DNA of 64,000 nucleotides from Clostridia bacterium (lineage in GTDB: Bacteria > Bacillota > Clostridia > Christensenellales > CAG-138), in the NCBI GenBank assembly GCA_030527115.1, contig JAUNBM010000001.1:11631-75630 (forward strand), read 5' to 3'. A program made the translations under genes and the position numbers. Positions 57,832 through 64,000 of the stretch are shown in pieces (position 1 is the first letter of the stretch; the number at the start of each line of letters is the position of its first letter). The notes under the pieces were generated by a model. It did not search any database. It was not told the origin of the DNA and was given only the letters and a program-made list of their open reading frames with translations.

Positions 57832-58842
57832 ATGAAACGAACCCTGAGGTTCCTTTCGCTTCCGAAAGTCGTTTCGGGAGCCAGCATCGTCAGCGCGATT
57901 GAGGGCGAAGGCCCCATAGGCGATTGCTTTGACATCGTAGCCGAGGACGACAAGATGGGGCTTGACAGCTTTGAAAAGGCTGAACTGCAGTTCTTTGAAA
58001 ACGCCGTTCGCCTCTGCTGTGACAAGGCAGGGATGCACAAGGGCGAGCTGAACGTTTTGCTCGCGGGCGATTTGCTGAACCAGCTCATTACCGCGAACTA
58101 CGGCGCGCGCAATCTCGGAATCCCTTTTTTAGGCCTGTATGGAGCCTGCTCCACCATGGCGGAATCGCTGCTCGTGGGAAGCGTGCTGGTGGACGGCGGC
58201 TACTGTTCGCCCGTGGCCTGCATCGCCGGTTCCCATTTCTCCACTGCGGAACGCCAGTACCGCTATCCCCTGGAGATGGGCACCACCTCCCCGCCTACCG
58301 CACAGCGAACCGTTACGGGCGCGGGCTGTCTCATGCTCGCGTCCGCTCCCCCGCCAAAGCCCGTGTTCTCCCACATCTGCGTTTCCGCCGCCACGATAGG
58401 CAAGGTTATCGACCTCGGCATCACCGATGCGAATAACATGGGCGCCTGCATGGCTCCCGCCGCCTGCGACACCCTGCTGACCTATTTTGGCGAAACGAAC
58501 GAGTCCGTGGACGACTTCGACTGGATAATCACCGGCGACCTCGGAAAATTCGGCTCGGAGATGCTCTTTTCGCTCTGCGGCCGGCATGATTTGGATCTCT
58601 CCGGAAAGCACCTCGACTGCGGCTGTCTTATCTACCCGCCCGAGGAAAAATATAACTGCGGCGGCTCGGGTTGCGGTTGCTCGGCGGTTACGCTCGCCGG
58701 ACACTTTCTGCCTATGCTGGAGCGCGGCGAGGTTAAGCGCATCCTGTTTTTGGCTACCGGCGCGCTGATGAGCCCCACCAGCAACTTGCAGGGCGAAAGC
58801 ATCCCCGCCATTGCGCATGCCATAGTTCTCGAATACCATTAG
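57832..58842 (+). CDS. spoVAD: Stage V sporulation protein AD
   Basis: MKRTLRF.. start. GDLLNQLITANYGAR..GIPFLGLYGACST is the thiolase-like SpoVAD signature. The listed ORF start 57649 overlaps the NusG-paralog gene. Confidence 0.9.
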   Translation: MKRTLRFLSLPKVVSGASIVSAIEGEGPIGDCFDIVAEDDKMGLDSFEKAELQFFENAVRLCCDKAGMHKGELNVLLAGDLLNQLITANYGARNLGIPFLGLYGACSTMAESLLVGSVLVDGGYCSPVACIAGSHFSTAERQYRYPLEMGTTSPPTAQRTVTGAGCLMLASAPPPKPVFSHICVSAATIGKVIDLGITDANNMGACMAPAACDTLLTYFGETNESVDDFDWIITGDLGKFGSEMLFSLCGRHDLDLSGKHLDCGCLIYPPEEKYNCGGSGCGCSAVTLAGHFLPMLERGEVKRILFLATGALMSPTSNLQGESIPAIAHAIVLEYH

Positions 58843-58850
58843 GAGGAAGT

Positions 58851-59207
58851 ATGGAGTATCTTTTATCGTTTTTAATTGGAGGCGCGATCTGCGTCATCGG
58901 TCAGCTTTTGATAAGCCTGACCCGCCTGACCCCCGCCAGAATCCTCGTTCTCTTTGTATCGGCGGGCGTTATCCTCGGCGGGCTGGGCCTGTATCAGCCG
59001 CTCATTGAGTTTGCGGGCGCGGGCGCGACGGTTCCGCTTACCGGCTTTGGCAACAGTCTGGCTCAGGGCGCCATCGAGGGCGCGAAGCAGAACGGCGTTC
59101 TCGGCGCCTTTACCGGCGGCATAACGGCGACCGCCGGGGGAATCTCGGCGGCCATAGGCTTCGGTTTATTGTTCTCGCTGATATCCAAGCCCAAAACCAA
59201 GTCTTGA
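58851..59207 (+). CDS. spoVAEB: Stage V sporulation protein AEB (SpoVAC/SpoVAEB family)
   Basis: 118 aa. FLIGGAICVIGQLL...LIEFAGAGATVPLTGFGNSL closely parallels B. subtilis SpoVAEB as I remember it. Confidence 0.85.
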   Translation: MEYLLSFLIGGAICVIGQLLISLTRLTPARILVLFVSAGVILGGLGLYQPLIEFAGAGATVPLTGFGNSLAQGAIEGAKQNGVLGAFTGGITATAGGISAAIGFGLLFSLISKPKTKS

Positions 59208-59233
59208 CTTCGTTTGAGCGACGATTAATCCTG

Positions 59234-61105
59234 TCAACCCAGTTTAAGCCCGAAGAAGGACGCCTGGCCTATCTGTCCGTCGGGCTGTCTGCCGGTGGTT
59301 CCAACCACGATATAGTTCCCGAAAGCTACGGGCGTAGCCTCTATGCTCGCGCCGAGATCGAGGGCACGGCCCAGCGCCACGCCTCCGGTCTTGTCGCTTA
59401 TATCATAGAGCTTAACCAGCCCCATCCTGTCGCAAGCGACCAGATAGGCGTTGCCCGAGGAGCTGTACAGCACGAGCGGGGAGGAATAGTAGCCTGCGCC
59501 GTCCGCCTGCTCCAGCTTCCATACCACGGTTCCGTCGTCGCGGTCGAGCGCTAAAATCGTCCCGCCTATCTCATAGCTCATATTTCCCGCCTCATCATAG
59601 ACCGGGATTCCGCTTCGATAGAACGAGCATATCAGGAGGTTTGCAATCTCGCCCTGCCCGATATGCGGCGTTCCCTTAGCTCCGCTCTTGGTTGCCGTGC
59701 CGTCGATGCTCACCAAACACGGGAGTTGCTGAGTCCAAACTATCCTGCCCGTCAGCCCGTCTATCTTGCGGACGCTGCAATAGCCCCAGCCCTCGGGAAG
59801 CCCCGCGGACTGCGTTTCCACCTGGTTGACCGTGTACAGGTATATGGTTCCGTCGTTTCCGTCCTCCTCTATGGCGATGGATGCATCGGTATCGCAGTCC
59901 AAATCGACAACATACAGCAGTTCGAGCGTATTAACGTCGATACATTGTAGCCTTCCGCCGTTATCCGCTATATAGAGATAGTTTCTAAACGCGCTAACCG
60001 AACCCTGAAAGCCATACCAGCGGCTGCCCGCGCTGTCGGATGCGGAGTAACCCGAACCCGTATAGCGGTATTTTATCCTGTCGCCGGGATCTATCGTTAT
60101 GGTTTTCGACTCGGCGTTGAAGGTCGTATTGAGCTTTATAAAGTATATGACTCCGGTTTCGCCCGGAAGGATCAGCGTGTCGTCGGCAATCAGCGGCGAG
60201 CTTGTGAAGGCAGTCCAGTTGTCCCTGTAAGCGAAGTAGTCCTTGCCGATAAACTCCTTGACGCTCTTGTTTTGAATCAAATCCACCGCAAATACGCTGG
60301 CGGCAAGGTTGCCGCGCGCATTCTCAGCCGGCACTCCCTGCCCAACATAGAGCATCGGATACCCGTTCGGGTCGAGCGTCGCCGTCCCGCGAAGGCTGAC
60401 CCCGAGATTTATCGGCGAGCGCGTTTGCGCGCCCGACTCCAGCTCACAGAAATAGATGTTTCCGTCCGCCGAGGGATAGATAACCTCGGTGAACCCCTCC
60501 ATCGCCTTGAAGGAATCGGCTATTCCGAGGGTCTGTTTAACCTCCTCGTCCCATTGAATTATCAGCGCCTGCCCGCTCACCCCGTAAAACGAGCCGAGCC
60601 CGCCGACATTCTTCGACCAGCTCTGGCTGATCTCCTGCATCGCGGCGGTAACCGTACCAAAGGCAAAGCTGTTGCGATAGTGGTTGGAGCCGAAGGTCAG
60701 TATTCCGCTGACCTGGGTATAATCATCGTAGCTTCCAAAGGATATCGAGGAGCTGTTGGGATTTTTCGACAGCTCCGCGCTCTCGTTGTTGCGCCTTATA
60801 GAATAGGAAAAACCAAACTGGGACGCGGCGTTTGCGCTGGCAGGGTTGACCGTATAGGTTCCCGTTGCCGACAAGGGAGGCGGGGTCGCCGCCGTCTGCG
60901 TATCGGACGAAGCCAGCGCTTCGGGCGAGGTGAGGGGATCGGGGGTCGTTAAGATGCTGTCGAGAACTTCGCTCTCCCTGCAACTTGTCACCTTGTTCTT
61001 TATAACAACCGCAAGTATGATGATCCCCGCAATCAACAGCAGGGTTGCAATGATGAACAGGAAAAACCGTGGCTGAAATATTCTCCTTTTACGCCGAACC
61101 GCCAT
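59234..61105 (-). CDS. Membrane-anchored PQQ-like beta-propeller repeat protein
   Basis: N-terminal basic stretch plus a TM helix (FFLFIIATLLLIAGIIILAVVI), an S/T/P-rich linker, then repeated ..G.VVW../..DG.IY.. beta-propeller-like blades (LALDRDDGTVVWK, IDGLTGRIVWTQ). Confidence 0.65.
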   Translation of the reverse strand: MAVRRKRRIFQPRFFLFIIATLLLIAGIIILAVVIKNKVTSCRESEVLDSILTTPDPLTSPEALASSDTQTAATPPPLSATGTYTVNPASANAASQFGFSYSIRRNNESAELSKNPNSSSISFGSYDDYTQVSGILTFGSNHYRNSFAFGTVTAAMQEISQSWSKNVGGLGSFYGVSGQALIIQWDEEVKQTLGIADSFKAMEGFTEVIYPSADGNIYFCELESGAQTRSPINLGVSLRGTATLDPNGYPMLYVGQGVPAENARGNLAASVFAVDLIQNKSVKEFIGKDYFAYRDNWTAFTSSPLIADDTLILPGETGVIYFIKLNTTFNAESKTITIDPGDRIKYRYTGSGYSASDSAGSRWYGFQGSVSAFRNYLYIADNGGRLQCIDVNTLELLYVVDLDCDTDASIAIEEDGNDGTIYLYTVNQVETQSAGLPEGWGYCSVRKIDGLTGRIVWTQQLPCLVSIDGTATKSGAKGTPHIGQGEIANLLICSFYRSGIPVYDEAGNMSYEIGGTILALDRDDGTVVWKLEQADGAGYYSSPLVLYSSSGNAYLVACDRMGLVKLYDISDKTGGVALGRALDLGASIEATPVAFGNYIVVGTTGRQPDGQIGQASFFGLKLG

Positions 61106-61151
61106 AAACGCCCTCCTTTCTCCTAAAACTGCATCCTAAACTCTAAGCCGC

Positions 61152-62372
61152 TCAGCCCTCGGCATAGGCTTTGACAAGCCCCAAAAGAATCTCGACGCAT
61201 ATATCCATTCCTTCAACGGTGATATGCTCGTATGGCCCGTGGAAGGCATAGCCTCCGGTTCCGAGATTCGGGCAGGGCAGGCCCATATAGCTCAGCCTCG
61301 CGCCGTCGGTGCCGCCCCGTATCGGAACCACCTTCGGCTCAACTCCGAGCTTCTCTATGACAGCTCTCGCATTGTCGATAAGGTGCATATGCGGCTCTAT
61401 CATCTCCTTCATGTTGCGGTACTGAAGCCGGGAATCGACCTTACAGCTCCCCTCGCCGTATCGCTCGTTGAAGAGCTTTTCCAGATGCTCAAGCTGGCCG
61501 AGGCGAACGGCAAAATGCGCCGTGTCATGGTCGCGGATTATATACTTCAAAACGGCCTTTTCAACGTTGCCGCTCATATCGGTCAGATGGAAGAAGCCCT
61601 CGTACCCCTCGGTGTCACGGGGCGTTTCCCCCGAAGGCAACATCGAGTTGAAGCCCATCGCCAAAAGCGAGGCGTTCACCATGGTGTTCTTGGAGGAACC
61701 CGGATGCACGTTGAACCCGAAAAACTCCACCACGGCTTCGGCGGCGTTGAAATTCTCGTATTCCAATTCGCCCTCCTCGCCTCCGTCGACGGTATAGGCG
61801 AAGTCCGCATCGAAAGCCTCCACATCGAAGCCGTCCGCTCCCGCGCCTATCTCCTCGTCGGGCGTGAAGCAGACCGAAATCTTCCCGTGGGGGATTCCGT
61901 CCTCAACAAGCCTTTCCAGCATGGTCATTATCTCTGCGATTCCCGCCTTGTCATCCGCGCCGAGAAGGCTGGTTCCATCGGTCGTTATCAGCGTGCGTCC
62001 CGCAAGTCCCTTCAGATGCGGAAAATCCGCAACCTTCAAAACCCGTCCGGAGCCGCCGAGCGCCACGTCGCCACCGTCGTAGCCGGGATGAAGCATGGGC
62101 TTCACACCCACCCCGTTAAAATCGGGCGCGGTATCCATGTGCGCCACAAAACCCAGCTTCGGAGCGTTCTCCCTGCCCTCCGTTGCCGGGAGGGAGGCGT
62201 AAACATAGCATTTTTCGTCGATGCGCGCGTCCTTCAGTCCGAGGCTTAGCAGTTCCGTCACCAGAATATTGCCCAGGTCAAACTGGCAGTCGGTGCTGGG
62301 GAGAGTTTTTGTTCCGTCTTGACTCGGGGTCGAAATGCTTACATAGTGCAATAAACGATTCGATGCTTTCAT
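61152..62372 (-). CDS. pepT: Peptidase T (tripeptide aminopeptidase, M20B)
   Basis: LLHYVSISTPS, GFVAHMDTAPDFNG, LLGADDKAGIAEIM, FTPDEEIG are PepT metal-ligand blocks. Confidence 0.9.
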   Translation of the reverse strand: MKASNRLLHYVSISTPSQDGTKTLPSTDCQFDLGNILVTELLSLGLKDARIDEKCYVYASLPATEGRENAPKLGFVAHMDTAPDFNGVGVKPMLHPGYDGGDVALGGSGRVLKVADFPHLKGLAGRTLITTDGTSLLGADDKAGIAEIMTMLERLVEDGIPHGKISVCFTPDEEIGAGADGFDVEAFDADFAYTVDGGEEGELEYENFNAAEAVVEFFGFNVHPGSSKNTMVNASLLAMGFNSMLPSGETPRDTEGYEGFFHLTDMSGNVEKAVLKYIIRDHDTAHFAVRLGQLEHLEKLFNERYGEGSCKVDSRLQYRNMKEMIEPHMHLIDNARAVIEKLGVEPKVVPIRGGTDGARLSYMGLPCPNLGTGGYAFHGPYEHITVEGMDICVEILLGLVKAYAEG

Positions 62373-62522
62373 GGGCAGATTCTCCTAATTTTTTCATCAT
62401 TATATCAGTCGCACGGGGGAATTGAAAGACGAATACGGAATAATTCTAAGATTTTTAACGATATTTTCGCATATAATCCCAAATTCCGTCCGGATTTGCG
62501 CCAAAGCGGCGAACCGTTTTGG

Positions 62523-62551
62523 TTGAATTTGGGACGCGGTTGTATTATACT
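62523..62551 (+). promoter_or_regulatory. Predicted sigma-A-type promoter for the M32 carboxypeptidase gene
   Basis: TTGAAT, 17 nt, TATACT. AAGGAGG RBS at 62564..62570. Confidence 0.4.
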
Positions 62552-62579
62552 TAAAGCATCAACTAAGGAGGAATCCAAT

Positions 62580-64000
62580 ATGCAGGATACCATTTTGGCT
62601 TTTAAGGAGCATCTGGCGAAGATCGACGCCTATTCTCACGCGATGGGCAAGCTCTATTATGACAGCGTTACGGTCATGCCCAAGGGCGGCAGCGAGGTGG
62701 TCGGCAAGACCCTCGGCGTGCTCTCGGAGGAGGAGTATAAGCTCTCGACCGCTCCGGAGCTTAAAGCGTGGATTGAAAAAATCCTGGAGAAGCCCGACGA
62801 GGCGGACGAGGTAACCCGCCGCGAAGCTGAGGAAAAGCGGGACGAACTGAAAAAGCTCGAAAAGATTCCGATGGACGAATACGTCGCCTATCAGATGGAC
62901 GTCAACGCGGCGCAGGCGGCGTGGCACGAGGCGAAGGAAAAGGACGATTTTGAACTCTTTGCCCCGCATCTGAAAAAGCTGGTCGCCTTCAACCGCAAGG
63001 TCGCCGCTTACTACGATCCCGACAAGCCGCCCTATGACGTTCTCTTGAACGAATATGAAAAGGGGCTGACTATGGAACAGCTCGACCTGTTCTTCAAGGA
63101 CGTGCGCGACAGGGTTGTGCCGCTCTTGAGGGAGATAACCGAACGCGGGCGCAGGATAGACACCGAGTTTTTAAACCAGGACTTTGCCATTGACAAGCAA
63201 CGCCTTTTCTCCGACTATCTGATGGAGCTGATGTGCATGGACAAGACCCGTAGCGCCATAGGCGAGACCGAGCATCCGTTCACCATCAACTTTACAAAAA
63301 ACGATGTCCGCATCACGACGCATTACCACTCCGATATGCTCATGTCCAACCTTTTCTCGGTCGTCCACGAGGCCGGCCACGCGACCTATGAGCTGAATAT
63401 CGGCGACGAACTGGTCAGCTCGTTCCTCGGAAGCGGCGCGAGCATGGGCGTGCATGAGTCCCAATCGCGCTTCTATGAAAACATCGTCGGAAGAAGTCCC
63501 GAATTCATCGACCTGATCTACGGCAAGCTCACGGAGCTTTTCCCAAACGAGTTGAAGGGCGTAACCAAGGAACAGCTCTATCTCGCCGCCAACAAGGTGG
63601 AGCCTTCGCTCATACGAACCGAAGCCGACGAGCTTACCTACCCGCTTCACATTATGGTGCGCTATGAGATAGAAAAGCGCCTGATTGCCGGCGAATTGGA
63701 GGTCGACGAGCTTCCCCAGGTATGGAACCGGCTCTATAAGGAATATCTCGGAATCGACGTTCCCTCCAACAAGAAGGGCGTGCTTCAGGATTCCCACTGG
63801 TCGGGCGGAAGCTTCGGCTATTTCCCCTCCTATGCCATCGGAAGCGCTTACGCCGCGCAGATTCTCGATTGCATGAATCAGGACATGGACGTTTTTGCCC
63901 AGGTTAAGAGCGGCGATCTGCAACCCATCATCGACTGGCTCAGCGAGAGAATCTACCGTTACGGCTGTCTCAAAAAGCCGGGCGAGCTTATAGAACTCTG
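62580..64000 (+). CDS. M32 (Taq-type) metallocarboxypeptidase, 3' end outside the window
   Basis: My own translation from ATG 62580 stays open to base 64000. It contains ETEHPFT, VVHEAGHATYE (HExxH), GVHESQSRFYEN and FPSYAIGSAYAAQ, the M32 signature blocks. It is missing from the ORF track because it has no stop in the window. Confidence 0.85.
   Translation, partial: MQDTILAFKEHLAKIDAYSHAMGKLYYDSVTVMPKGGSEVVGKTLGVLSEEEYKLSTAPELKAWIEKILEKPDEADEVTRREAEEKRDELKKLEKIPMDEYVAYQMDVNAAQAAWHEAKEKDDFELFAPHLKKLVAFNRKVAAYYDPDKPPYDVLLNEYEKGLTMEQLDLFFKDVRDRVVPLLREITERGRRIDTEFLNQDFAIDKQRLFSDYLMELMCMDKTRSAIGETEHPFTINFTKNDVRITTHYHSDMLMSNLFSVVHEAGHATYELNIGDELVSSFLGSGASMGVHESQSRFYENIVGRSPEFIDLIYGKLTELFPNELKGVTKEQLYLAANKVEPSLIRTEADELTYPLHIMVRYEIEKRLIAGELEVDELPQVWNRLYKEYLGIDVPSNKKGVLQDSHWSGGSFGYFPSYAIGSAYAAQILDCMNQDMDVFAQVKSGDLQPIIDWLSERIYRYGCLKKPGELIEL

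Noticed and set aside
58129-58839. 236-aa minus-strand ORF
   Set aside because: It is antisense to spoVAD and has a Gly/Ala/Arg-rich shadow composition.
61224-62249. 341-aa plus-strand ORF
   Set aside because: It is antisense to pepT, whose metal-binding blocks are unambiguous.
62559-63923. Two minus-strand ORFs (62559..62969, 63171..63923)
   Set aside because: Both are antisense to the M32 carboxypeptidase reading frame, which carries the HPF, HEAGH and HESQSR signatures and is open to the window end.
1-64000. Search by eye for CRISPR arrays, tRNA/rRNA genes, intact IS elements, integrases and toxin-antitoxin or restriction-type defence genes
   Set aside because: I found no regularly spaced short repeats, no tRNA-like cloverleaf regions in the few intergenic gaps, and no intact recombinase or transposase ORF. 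Only the weak transposase-like remnant at 19780..19984 turned up. A proper tRNAscan/CRISPR/IS search could still reveal small elements that I cannot see by eye.

Overview
This 64-kb window looks like an endospore-forming Firmicute (Clostridia-like). The evidence is spoVAD/spoVAEb, a perfect CIRCE operator, AGGAGG-type ribosome-binding sites and a TPP riboswitch upstream of thiT. The backbone looks fairly GC-rich by eye. All family calls rest on motifs I recognise in the translations; I ran no database search. Layout: (1) 1-10.9 kb holds an alpha-galactoside/raffinose-type utilisation cluster: MFS, GH2, galK plus a sugar-1-P nucleotidyltransferase, a GPH symporter, and GH36, GH13 and GH1 enzymes. 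(2) 11-12.1 kb holds hsp20 behind a perfect CIRCE, and a vanZ-like gene. (3) 12.4-55.8 kb is one co-directional (minus strand) Wzx/Wzy-type polysaccharide locus of roughly 40 genes. It starts at a predicted promoter near 56.0 kb and is visibly mosaic in base composition. It encodes three recognisable nucleotide-sugar pathways. The first is rmlA-rmlB plus a DegT transaminase with no rmlC/rmlD, which implies a dTDP-4-amino-4,6-dideoxyhexose. The second is wbpA-I-B-D-E, which implies UDP-2,3-diacetamido-2,3-dideoxy-mannuronate. The third is fnlA-B-C, which implies UDP-L-FucNAc. The locus also has a PglC-type initiating transferase, five glycosyltransferases, Wzx, a Wzy-like polymerase and a glucuronyl-C5-epimerase-like protein. 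I see no Wzz/CpsCD or LCP gene in the window. (4) 56-64 kb holds the TPP riboswitch-thiT, a DUF3006 gene, a NusG paralog (LoaP/UpxY-like), spoVAD-spoVAEb, a membrane-anchored beta-propeller protein, pepT and an M32 carboxypeptidase that runs off the 3' end. The best candidate for an undescribed system is the glycan-tailoring machinery inside the locus. It comprises four paralogous ATP-grasp ligases, an SLC13-type solute permease, a divergent PLP-fold protein, an SDR and an acetyltransferase, all wrapped around the two sugar aminotransferases. An adjacent AT-richer cassette adds an opine-dehydrogenase-family protein, a B12-binding-like/large-domain protein and an orphan DctM permease. Together these suggest ATP-dependent amide decoration of amino sugars or uronic acids with an imported or locally made carboxylate, amino acid or opine. 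The fnl part of the locus also carries clear recombination scars: a 355-nt duplicated fnlC 3' end, an orphan fnlA-type 5' stub and a possible transposase remnant. I found no rRNA, tRNA or CRISPR array.
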